DNA of 64,000 nucleotides from Blastocladiella emersonii ATCC 22665 (GCA_025594325.1 JANHCV010000013.1:930001-994000), one strand, 5' to 3'. Shown: positions 32,059 to 41,517, counted from the first letter of the stretch. The notes: generated by a model not told the origin, from the letters alone. Translations and numbers: made by a program.

Positions 32059-33999
32059 ATGGTCAAGAATATATTCAACGTGTCTACCAACGTGTCACCA
32101 ACAGTGTCGGCCACAGGTGTCTCAGACGTGTCCACGGCATATGTTGATGGTGCCATCAGTGCTGTCTATGCCACAGTTGGTGCACCTGTCGCTGGGCCTG
32201 GACTCAGCGTGTCAGGGACAACTGTCTCTGCCAAGGTCAATGACCAGACACTGGGTGTTGGTCCAAGCGGTCTCTATGTCAAGTCAATCAGTACGGCCCA
32301 GCTCCTGCCAGCCAGCGTCACAGCAGACAAGCTTGTGAGTGTCACAGCTGCACAGGTCACAGGTAAGCTTGTTGATGCACAGCTGGACACTGTGTCAGCA
32401 TCCAAGGTCACTGGTGTGCTCAGTGCGTCCAACCTTCCAGCGCTTGGGACAACGTCCATTGCAGATGGCTCTGTGACAGACGCCAAGGTTGCCTCAGTGT
32501 CCAGGTCCAAGCTGGTTCTGGGGACCGTCAACACAGCAGCTCTTGCAGACACCTCCATGACAGACGCCAAGGTTGTCTCAGTGTCTGGGTCCAAGCTGGT
32601 TGCAGGAAGTGTCTCAACACCTGCTCTTGCAGACGCCTCAGTGACAGATGCCAAGGTTGCGTCTGTGTCCGGGTCCAAGCTGGTTCCAGGGACTGTCAGC
32701 ACAGCAGCACTTGCAGACACCGCAATAACAGATGTCAAGGTTGCCTCAGTGTCTGGGTCCAAGCTGGTTCCAGGGACTGTCAGCACAGCTGCCCTTGCAG
32801 ACGCTGCTGTCACCAACGCCAAGCTGGCCACTGGTATAGACGGTGCAAAGCTCAACGTGTCATCTGTGGGAACAGCACACCTTGCAGCAGGGTCAGTCAC
32901 CGATGCCAAGGTCACAGATGTGTCTGCCACCAAGCTGACAGGGACGCTTGATCCTGCACGCATTGCAGACAGTTCACTGACCAATGCCAAGCTGGCCACT
33001 GGGATAGACGCTGCCAAGTTGTCTGGGACCATTGACCTTGCACGACTGCCTGACGTGTCCAGCAAGGTGTCAAGTGTCAACGGAGCCATTGTCACTGGGA
33101 CGCTCCCCCAGTCCACCCTTGGACTTGGCAGTGTCTTTACATTTGCCAGTACTGTGGACAGCACATCGACGTCCACTGGGGCAGTCACTGTGGCAGGTGG
33201 CCTTGGTGTGGGCAAGCAGCTCACTGTGCCAAACGTCCTTGTCCGGAACACAGTCAGTGCAAATGTGGTCTTTGACTCTGCTGCCAACACACTCACATAC
33301 ATTGACTTCAAGCAAGCAGGTGTCCTGAAGAGCAACCTGGCATGCACTGCACTGGGCACCATTGAGATCGCTTCAGCAACTAATGGTGGCGTGTCCTTGG
33401 CTGCAGGTGGAGGGAATGTTGTCATTGGCTCAGCGACGCTTGGCACAGAAAAGCTCCATGTCAAAGGCACTGGTCGCTTCACAGGGCAGCTCACCCTTGA
33501 CCTCGCTCCAGTGGCAGGCACCGATGCAGCAAACAAGGCATACGTTGACTCGCGGTCTGGCACAACCCGGTACATCGCTCAGGCCAAGCACCGCTCTACA
33601 AATGGAGTGACCACGGGCGGCAAGATCATTGGCGGCACAGCATCAACGGGCCCAGCCACCTTTGCATTCCAGTCCACGGCGGGTGCGTTCATGTCTGTGA
33701 TCAATGGATGCGTCAAACCCCCTGTCAGTGGCTACTACCTTGTCCATGCAAAGGGCTATTACGCAAACGGCACGCTCCCTGGAGCCCACACTGTGAACTT
33801 TGCGCTGTACAATATGACGGACATGATTGCAGTGTCACTTGTCACCGGGTGCCGCGCTGAAGGCAACGTCCAGTTCCTTCAGTTCTCGAGCATTGAGTAC
33901 CTTGACGCGGCCAAGAGCTACTCTTTCATCTGGATCCCATCGGTCGCAGTTGCCAACGACTGCCAGGTCATCATTCAAAGCCACTGGACCCTGCTCTAA
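32059..33999 (+). CDS. fibre / tail-fibre-like protein (646 aa)
   Basis: Repeated ~25-aa units (ALADTSVTDAKVASVSGSKLVPGTV), phage-fibre-like EKLHVKGTGRF and PVAGTDAANKAYVD, and a C-terminal beta-rich head (PPVSGYYLV). Confidence 0.7.
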   Translation: MVKNIFNVSTNVSPTVSATGVSDVSTAYVDGAISAVYATVGAPVAGPGLSVSGTTVSAKVNDQTLGVGPSGLYVKSISTAQLLPASVTADKLVSVTAAQVTGKLVDAQLDTVSASKVTGVLSASNLPALGTTSIADGSVTDAKVASVSRSKLVLGTVNTAALADTSMTDAKVVSVSGSKLVAGSVSTPALADASVTDAKVASVSGSKLVPGTVSTAALADTAITDVKVASVSGSKLVPGTVSTAALADAAVTNAKLATGIDGAKLNVSSVGTAHLAAGSVTDAKVTDVSATKLTGTLDPARIADSSLTNAKLATGIDAAKLSGTIDLARLPDVSSKVSSVNGAIVTGTLPQSTLGLGSVFTFASTVDSTSTSTGAVTVAGGLGVGKQLTVPNVLVRNTVSANVVFDSAANTLTYIDFKQAGVLKSNLACTALGTIEIASATNGGVSLAAGGGNVVIGSATLGTEKLHVKGTGRFTGQLTLDLAPVAGTDAANKAYVDSRSGTTRYIAQAKHRSTNGVTTGGKIIGGTASTGPATFAFQSTAGAFMSVINGCVKPPVSGYYLVHAKGYYANGTLPGAHTVNFALYNMTDMIAVSLVTGCRAEGNVQFLQFSSIEYLDAAKSYSFIWIPSVAVANDCQVIIQSHWTLL

Positions 34000-35108
34000 A
34001 GCCCGCGGTCCCACTTTTCTTGGACTCGGACTAGGACGCGCCTGACCCGGGTCGAGGGCTCCCTTGGCGTGACCGGGGTGCGCGCAACAGGGAGCCTTGG
34101 AAGACTTGGGGCCATGCGTGGCCTTGTCGGCGGGTCCTGGGTCACTGTGACTGGCTGGACGTCGCTTCGAGGGTAGAAGCCCTTGAGGCCTTGGACCTTG
34201 TAGCTCGGATTGCTCACACCCAACCCCTTGCGCACAACCTGGACCTGGCTCACAGTTGTCAACCAGACCAGCTTCCCCTTGGCCTCCATGGCAGTCTTGT
34301 ACGGCTCGCGGACTCGGACCTGGGTCCCTACCTTCAACAACGCGCTCAGAGGGTCGCCCTCGGGCTTGCCCTTGGCAGCTCGGATCTCCTTGAGCTTTTG
34401 CTTGGCCGTTTCGCGGGGCATGTCATGGAACTCGTTGGGCGCCCTGCCCGTGGCCCTCGACTTGCTGCTGTTGATCACAGATTCAATGGTCTCGAGGTGC
34501 TTGGGCCAGTCGTTGTTGCCCGGGATGGACAGCCACGGTGTGAGCATCCGGCAGATGGTCCCGTTCATACGCTCAACAACACCTTGACCGTATGGCACTC
34601 CTGCCTTGCCCTTGATGTGCTTGGCCTCAGTCCCGGCCTCTATGCCAAAGAACTCGGTCCCATTGTCCGTCTGGATCGTGGCAGGTGCAAGGCTGTGCTT
34701 GGCGACCACGCTGGACCATGCTTCCCGCGTCTTGTCCTTGGTCTTGATGGGTTGGAGGTAGACGCGGCGGCTCGCCAGGTCGACACACGTGAGAATGTAA
34801 CAGAAGCCCTTGTACGTACCATTTTCGCCCATGTCAATGAGGTCGAGCTGAAAGTTGCGGCCAGGACTTGTTGAGTTGATGCTTCGAATGTCTCGGCGCT
34901 TCTGAGGTGCGCGTTTGTACTGCTGCCACACAGACTGTTTGCCGAGCCATCTCTCAAGCTGGGCGTGGTAGATGTGCTTCCCTGTGTTCTCTCTGGACAC
35001 AATGTCAAAGAGCCGACGGATGCCAACACCTACGTGGCCATGCTTGTAGTACAAGTCTGTCAGGAATGCTTGCTGTGCGTCTGTGAGCGGCTCTTTGTGG
35101 GCATACAT
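33996..35108 (-). CDS. Maverick/Polinton-type retroviral-like (rve) integrase, 370 aa
   Basis: Intact DDE triad: FQLDLID, IQTDNGTEF, QGVVERMNGTI. N-terminal LTDLYYKHG..GIRRL and C-terminal LKVGTQVRV as in Maverick c-integrases. Confidence 0.93.
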   Translation of the reverse strand: MYAHKEPLTDAQQAFLTDLYYKHGHVGVGIRRLFDIVSRENTGKHIYHAQLERWLGKQSVWQQYKRAPQKRRDIRSINSTSPGRNFQLDLIDMGENGTYKGFCYILTCVDLASRRVYLQPIKTKDKTREAWSSVVAKHSLAPATIQTDNGTEFFGIEAGTEAKHIKGKAGVPYGQGVVERMNGTICRMLTPWLSIPGNNDWPKHLETIESVINSSKSRATGRAPNEFHDMPRETAKQKLKEIRAAKGKPEGDPLSALLKVGTQVRVREPYKTAMEAKGKLVWLTTVSQVQVVRKGLGVSNPSYKVQGLKGFYPRSDVQPVTVTQDPPTRPRMAPSLPRLPVARTPVTPREPSTRVRRVLVRVQEKWDRGL

Positions 35109-35136
35109 TGTATTAACAAAGGCGGAGACAAAAGGA

Positions 35137-36273
35137 TTACTGAGGCGTCATGTAGTAGGTCAGGGCAACAGGGACGCTGTGACCCATCTCGTGTGCGCGG
35201 TCAGCAATAGCTTGCTGCGCGGCAAAGTTCTCGCTGGTGGAGATACGGCGGATCACTGCCACGCCGCCATCCTCAAAGCCGACCGTCTTTGCAGCCCGAC
35301 TAATCGACGTACACCAGGTGCTGCTAACCCTCTTGCGGAGCGTGGTGTCCTTGAGCTCCTCGAGGGTGTAGTTGTTGAAGACAAAGTCATGACCTTCGGC
35401 GAGACGCTGGGCGAGGATACGCTTGAGAGCGGCGGCGACCTTGGGCTCACTAACTGTGTGCGAGAAGTTGTAGCCACAGCCCTCTGTCTTGACAATGACA
35501 TCGCCGGCCAGAATCTGGGTCTCTGGGTCGTAGTACGGGTACCCAGTGGTTGGCTTTGTGGTCAGGAACGCAGGGTCGGAGCGCACCACACTCACAACTT
35601 GGAGGTACAGACGCAGGAGCCCTGTGCCCAAGCCCTTTGCATCAACAATAGCGGCGCAAATGGCGTCACGGCTTGGGAGCGCACCAGACTCGAGTTCCTT
35701 GCGCGCGTCGCAGAAGTCGGCAGCGTCCTGCTTCTTGGCCTCTGTGTACTTGGCCCCGAGTTCGGTCCACCCGTTCCAGGTGCAGTACTTGGCCAGGGCC
35801 TTGAGCGTCTCAACCTGCAGCCCCTGCTCGCCCTTGGACGCGCGGTACGCTGCCACAGCTTTGGACACGGCGTCAACGTCTTCAATGTCCATGCCCGACT
35901 TGGCAAAGGCACAGAGCACGCGGGATGTCTTGGCCTTGTCCGTGTTGCTCAGCTTGGCCAGTTCCCCGTGCTTGTTCTGAACACGCGCATTGACGCACGC
36001 CGCAATGGATTCCTCGGTCATCTGCGCGTACTTGACCTGGGGATCAGTGTCCATGGGTTTGCCAGACTCGTTGGCGGGGGTGTGATTGGAACTGTGATTG
36101 CAGTCACGTGACACTGCAGCCAGCGCGGCGAGGCTGGTCTCAATTCCCTTGAGCCGCTCATCAAAGGATGCCAGCAGCGGCTTGATACCATCGAGCACTT
36201 GGTGCACTACGTCGGCGGCAATGTGCTGAGCAACAACCTTGGACACCTGGGACACGAGCGCTTCGAGAGACAT
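35137..36273 (-). CDS. tyrosine recombinase-family protein (378 aa)
   Basis: C-terminal catalytic signature: VVRSD (R), VKTEG (K), AVIRRIS (R), AHEMGHSVPVALTYY (H, with Y eight and nine residues downstream). Confidence 0.75.
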   Translation of the reverse strand: MSLEALVSQVSKVVAQHIAADVVHQVLDGIKPLLASFDERLKGIETSLAALAAVSRDCNHSSNHTPANESGKPMDTDPQVKYAQMTEESIAACVNARVQNKHGELAKLSNTDKAKTSRVLCAFAKSGMDIEDVDAVSKAVAAYRASKGEQGLQVETLKALAKYCTWNGWTELGAKYTEAKKQDAADFCDARKELESGALPSRDAICAAIVDAKGLGTGLLRLYLQVVSVVRSDPAFLTTKPTTGYPYYDPETQILAGDVIVKTEGCGYNFSHTVSEPKVAAALKRILAQRLAEGHDFVFNNYTLEELKDTTLRKRVSSTWCTSISRAAKTVGFEDGGVAVIRRISTSENFAAQQAIADRAHEMGHSVPVALTYYMTPQ

Positions 36274-36362
36274 CTTACCGTAGCCACAGAAAAGAAGGTG
36301 TCACTGACTCAAGTGCGTTTGGCGGTATCGTTAAATATATTGTGCGTCAATGGTAGGACACC

Positions 36363-36857
36363 ATGTGCGACAACGATGACTCGCCCAGTCCTCTTGGACG
36401 TCTGCTGCTGGACATCCACAACTGCACAGGCAAGGTGGTCGACCTGAGCCAGATGAAAGCCTTGACCATGGACGCTGTGCGCAAGCAATGGCTGGGTGAC
36501 AACGAGTCTCTGACAGAGGCCATGAAGACGCTGCGTGTTGCTACTGCCCGTCTTGCTGTGTTGCAGCAAGTGAGAGGGAAGCCTGCAAAGACACAGGAGG
36601 TGTATGGTGAAGGGCCCATTTGCGACCTCCTGTGCTACTATGGCTCAAAGAAGGACCAGGACGCTGTCGTTGACTTTGCCCAGCTTGAGCAAGACTACCC
36701 TCTGGACACGTCAGAGTGGGATGCCATCAAGAGAGAGTACCATGACTGGCTTGTCCGACAGTCCATGATGCGTCTTGCTGAGCTGTGTGTCCGGACAGAC
36801 CGCAAGAAGAAGAAGAAGGTCAAGTTTGAGAGCGACTCGGACTACAGCAGCGCGTAA
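36363..36857 (+). CDS. viral hypothetical protein (164 aa)
   Basis: ORF with viral codon usage; ends in a basic KKKKK stretch (possible NLS). Confidence 0.6.
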   Translation: MCDNDDSPSPLGRLLLDIHNCTGKVVDLSQMKALTMDAVRKQWLGDNESLTEAMKTLRVATARLAVLQQVRGKPAKTQEVYGEGPICDLLCYYGSKKDQDAVVDFAQLEQDYPLDTSEWDAIKREYHDWLVRQSMMRLAELCVRTDRKKKKKVKFESDSDYSSA

Positions 36858-36871
36858 ACGCACCATGGACA

Positions 36872-37021
36872 CAGGCCAACAACACAATGCACAGGACAGG
36901 CCAAGGACACAATGCACAGGGCAGGCCAACGACACAATGCACAGGGCAGGCCAACAACACAATGCACAGGGCAGGCCAACGACACAATGCACAGGGCAGG
37001 CCAACGACACAATGAACAGGG
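36872..37021. repeat. 6 x 25-bp tandem repeat CAGGCCAACRACACAATGCACAGGG
   Basis: Read directly; intergenic, upstream of the primase-helicase. Confidence 0.95.
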
Positions 37022-37159
37022 TCTACAGACCACCCACCTTACCTTTGCACAGGACAACTGCAATGGTAACTGAACACAGAGCTGGGGCTGTAGCGATACT
37101 GCCAAACGCATTAAACGCGCGCTCCCCCTCACCTTTTTCTGCTGCCTCATCCTAACAAG

Positions 37160-40122
37160 ATGGTCTACAAGCTTGCAAGCACGTCCTTTGGTCTCCAGTG
37201 GTACTCGGGCAAGGACGGTGACGACAAGGACATGGGCCCTCAGCGCTACGTGCTGTCGACGCTCAAGGACAACAAGCTTGTGGTCAAGCGTCTGGTCAAC
37301 AAAGGCGTCAATCAAACGGCAAAGACAAGGAGGCCCACCACTTTGCCAAGGTCAAGCCCGAGAAGCTGGTGGAGATCCTCAACAGGAACCACTGCATCCA
37401 GGAGATGGTCCACCCGGACCGTCTGTCCAAGGTGTACTTTGACGTGGACTTTAACCGCGACTGTGGCGACGTGACGCTGGACGAGGTCAAAGCGGTGATC
37501 ATGGACCAGTTCCCCAGCGCTAATCTCCAGATCTGTGGCTACGAGACTGACCAGAAGAAGTCGTGGCACATTGTCCTCAGCAACTACACGGCTACATTCA
37601 AGGAGCTCGAGCTCGTCAAGCTGTTCTGCATGCAGTACTCTGCCCTTGGCTTTGACGCCAAGGTGTACACGGCGAACCGGTTCATGAAGTGCATCAACCA
37701 GTCCAAGCCCAAGAAGACGCCAGGCGTGTACATTGAAGGTTCACGCGAGGTGTCCAAGCACCTGATCCAGGTCAACTTTGACGACAACTGTGTGTCTGTG
37801 TCCACGCTGTCCTTTGACGCGTTGATGTCAGACAAGGCCAAGGCCGCCGTGGCCAAGGGTCGCCGTGTTGACTTTACCACGGACATTCCCGAGTTCAAGG
37901 ACGTCACCATTGACCCTGACTTCTTCTTCTACGACGCGGCGCCGCTGCAGATCCTGCACAACCTCCCAGTGAGCCCGGACAATGCGTTTAGCAACGACGT
38001 GACGTGGCGGATCATGACCTGGGCACTCCGCCGTGGTCTGACCTTTGCCAAGTTCTGGGCGTGGACATCACAGCAGGACGACTCGGTGCAGCGCATGCAC
38101 AAGTACCAGCAGCGGTGGGCCGAGATTGAGGGCAACAACAAGTACCAGGTCCGCAACGGGTTCATGGAGGGCATCTTCTACGCCCACTTCCCAAGCGCTC
38201 TCAAGTCCAAGGCCCTGAAGCTGTTCAACGCGTCTCTTTGTGTCCCGGCCACCAAAACCAGCCCTAACCAGTGGCTGACCTGCGACGACATCACGCCCGC
38301 CAAGTTCAACGTGCTGGCCACTGGCATGGGATCCAGCAAGACGGGTGCGGTGTGCTCGTACATTGCCAAGTTCCCCGACGCCCGTGTGGTCTGGATCACG
38401 CCGCGCATCACTCTGACCCACAACACGGAGGGTTGACTGGTAAAAGAAGGCCTCGGCTTTGTCAACTACCGCAATGTCAAGAACAAGAAGGCCATGGGCT
38501 CGCACAAGCGCCTTGTGATCTCGCCGTGCTCCCTGCACTACATCACAGAGCCCTACGACATGGTCGTGGTGGACAAGTCGGAGACCGTGCTGCAAATGTT
38601 CCTGGATGACAAGCTGCACACAACGACGGGCAAGAACAACCTTCTCGCCAACTTGCTCGCCTTCAAGACGCTGTGCGAGAATGGCCGTGGTATCTTCATG
38701 GACGCGTTTGTCACTAACCTGACCATGGACGTCCTGCGCTCCTTTGAGGTGGCACCAACCATTCCCAACCAGCTCTGTGGTATGGTCGAGTTCCGCAGTA
38801 AGATCGAGGTCATCAAGAACACGCTGCCCAACACCTTTAAACCGCGCAAGATGACGTACATTGCCAGTAAGCCGCACCTTGAGCTCAGCGCCGAGGACAT
38901 CATGGAGCGGAACATTATCGCCGACCTGCGCGCTGGCAAGAAGCTGTACGTGTTCATCCCCCGCAAGCACGACAACAACTCCATCTGGGCGGTGCAGAAG
39001 TTTGGCGAGTACCTTGAGAAGGTCATGGACTGGAAGATTGGCAACCAGATCAAGGTGTACCACAGCGGGCGCCCCAAACACGAGAACAAGGAACTCGAGA
39101 ACCCTGACACCGCGTGGGGCTTGGACAATGTCCGCGTGGTCATCTTGAACCTCAAGATCACTGTGGGCGTCAACTTCTCGACGGAGAAGGTCTTCCACAA
39201 GGTCTACGCGCGCTACGAGTCCTGGTTCTCTGCGCGCAACTTCATCCAAGGCGTGTTCCGTGTCCGCCACCCCATCGACAACAAGATTGTGTTCATGACG
39301 TGCAAGGGCAATCGCAGCAAGTACCTCAAGCGCACCAAGGTCATCAACGTGGCCCCTGTCGGCGAGCTGCACCAGGCGATTGTCAAGAATGCGATGCTTG
39401 AGCGCGAGATGGCCGCTGTGTCCGCTCGCTACAAGGTCTTTGACTCGTTCCGCAAGCTTGCAGGGGTTGTCATTGACAACTGCCCCGACTACTACTACGA
39501 AGTCGACCCCAAGGTCAAGGTCGTGCTCGAGTCTGGCTGGTCCTTTGAGTGGAAGAACATTGAGCCGGCCAAGGACGACACAATGCAGGCGTACAGTGAC
39601 AAGGTCCTTGACGCGCCTGACTGGAAGACGTGGCTGTCGATCCGCAAGTCCTTCTTCATGTCGACGTTCAAGGGGCTGAGCGAGAAGCAGATGAGCGTCA
39701 TCTGGGACAACAACTCGGAGGACTTTATGGAGACGATCAAGCACTTTTACACCAAGGACACGGACCACGTCCTGCACACCCTCCTCGCGCACAACAAGAT
39801 GGATCTCCGCACAGCCACCAAGTTCAACGTCCAGGCTGTGGTCCCTGCTGCGTTTGGCAACGACATCAAGCGCTGGTACAAGCAGCTGACCCGCAAGGCC
39901 TGTGGCAACGCGACTCTACTCTCCAGCCTGCTCAACAAATACTTTGGCAAGAAGATTGTCCGAGTCGACCCCAAGCAGCGTCAAGTGATGATCGACTACA
40001 AGCCCTACCCCAACTTGTCATGGACAGACAACTACGAGCTCTTCAAGATGTACATCGACTGGACAACCACCCCGCAGCAGTCCCTGACCTTTACGCTGAA
40101 CCTGGACGACGACAAGCTCTAA
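37160..40122 (+). pseudogene. PrimPol (AEP)-SF2 helicase fusion, disrupted by a frameshift near 37310 and an in-frame TGA at 38434-38436
   Basis: AEP motifs YFDVD, KKSWH and FDAKVY..NRFMK; helicase motifs TGMGSSKT, WITPRITL, VVDKSE, TVGVNF and FIQGVFRVR (origin-binding-protein-like). ORFs 37369 and 38494 are in the same frame. Confidence 0.85.
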
Positions 40123-41080
40123 GACACCCCACGACCGCCTGTGTCCATGACCTGCTCCCCGACCTGTTCCGTAAACGAGTCAACTGCTGTTCGCTGCTGT
40201 TCGCCCTTCTCTCTCACTCCCAAACCAGAGACCTATCACCGTGGCACATCCCCTTGTCCATCAAAACCGTCTATGTACTTATACACCATGGGGCAAAATG
40301 ATGGACAAGGGGATGCGGCGCGGTGATAGGTTCATAGCTGTTGCTCGCGGCAGGTGGTCAGGGACAGCTCTCGGACTTCCACAGATCAACTCTCAGACAG
40401 CTCGCAGCTATTCGCTCTCTCCCTTCACTCCCAAACCAGAGACCTATCACCGTGGCACATCCCCTTGTCCATCAAAACCGTCTATGTACTTATACACCAT
40501 GGGGCAAAATGATGGACAAGGGGATGCGGCGCGGTGATAGGTTCATAGCTGTTGCTTGCGGCAGGTGGTCAGGGACTGGCTCACAGACTGATCGTTGACT
40601 GCTCACAGATGGACTCTCAGCTGTGCTCAGGGACCAGACCAGGGATCCGCACAGTGGGTAGCCGCAGCTGCGCTGCTCTTTGTCTCGCTTCGCTCGCCGC
40701 CCCCCGCCCACCACCCGGGGTAAGCAATGGTCAGCCCGAGCGGTTGGTCAGGGACGGGCTCGGGGACTTGCCCGCAGATCGACTCGCAGATCGACTCGCA
40801 GATCGACTCGCAGATCGGGTCCACGCGCCGTTCATCTGCACGTGATCCACGTGACCCGCCCGCCACCCCTCTCCCTCCGGCCTTCGGCCTCCGCCCGCGT
40901 GTCGTGTTCCCTAAGGGAATGCGACATATGGCATACGACATATTATTAACCACCCGGGGTAAGCAACTGGGTCTCACGTGGTTAGCCCAAGTGACTGCCC
41001 GCCGACTGCTCGGGGTAAGCAATTGGTCAGCCCGAGTGGTAGTGGGTCAGCCCATGTCGTATCCCTTAAGGGATACGACA
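40059..41080 (-). repeat. right terminal inverted repeat (1022 bp), ending in the 26-bp palindrome at 41055-41080
   Basis: Reverse complement of 18753-19774; includes the last ~20 codons of the primase-helicase. Confidence 0.97.
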
Positions 41081-41517
41081 CAAGGCAACACCATCGCCGT
41101 CCGCCAAAAATTCTAGTTTTTCGCCCGGAAAATGCAAGACTGACGATTGCTTAGACTCGTTAAACGCAAGGACGTTGAGGATAATGCGGCGCATGTCATC
41201 CCAGGTACTCTCGTCGTTGGAGTCCACATGCAGGCCTTCATCGGAAGCGGGAGTTGAAAGCGTCAGCATGAAGTTTCGCCGGCACGAGAGGTTGGCGGCA
41301 CCCAACGAGGTCCCGTCGACCATCATGTGCCCCGCCAGGATCCCTCCTGCTCTTGGTCAAAAATTGAGAAGGACACACCTGCAAGTGGTTTGCTGGAAGT
41401 CTTTTCATTCGCTTGCATGATGTGGTCGAGTTTTGCAGGCAGGATCGGAAGGCGAGGCGGGCGAACGAGGCGAAGAACGTCCTCGCTCTGAACTGCCTTG
41501 CGCCACACCGTGATCAC
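41081..41517 (-). pseudogene. 5' part of the Ty3-derived paralogue interrupted by the virus
   Basis: Shares ITVWRKA/MQANEK with the start of 16083-18302. DDMRRIIL..L..NE..QS...PGE..EF..DGDG aligns with DDPVRAAIL..L..DE..QS...PGE..DF..DADG. Confidence 0.65.

Larger units (their letters stand above)
18753..41080. mobile_element. Endogenous Polinton-like / Maverick-type DNA virus, 22328 bp including a nested LTR retrotransposon
   Basis: 1022-bp TIRs, TGT...ACA termini, CAAGG TSD (18748-18752 and 41081-41085); genes for MCP, minor capsid, A32-like ATPase, rve integrase, tyrosine recombinase and primase-helicase. Confidence 0.95.

Noticed and set aside
35083-39792. Antisense ORFs 35083-36111, 38068-39792 and 32274-33575
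   Set aside because: Shadow frames of the recombinase, helicase and fibre genes.
18753-41080. Protein-primed PolB or adenain-like protease in the virus
   Set aside because: No ORF shows PolB exonuclease/polymerase motifs or a His-Asp-Cys protease signature, and there is no unassigned ORF large enough for pPolB.
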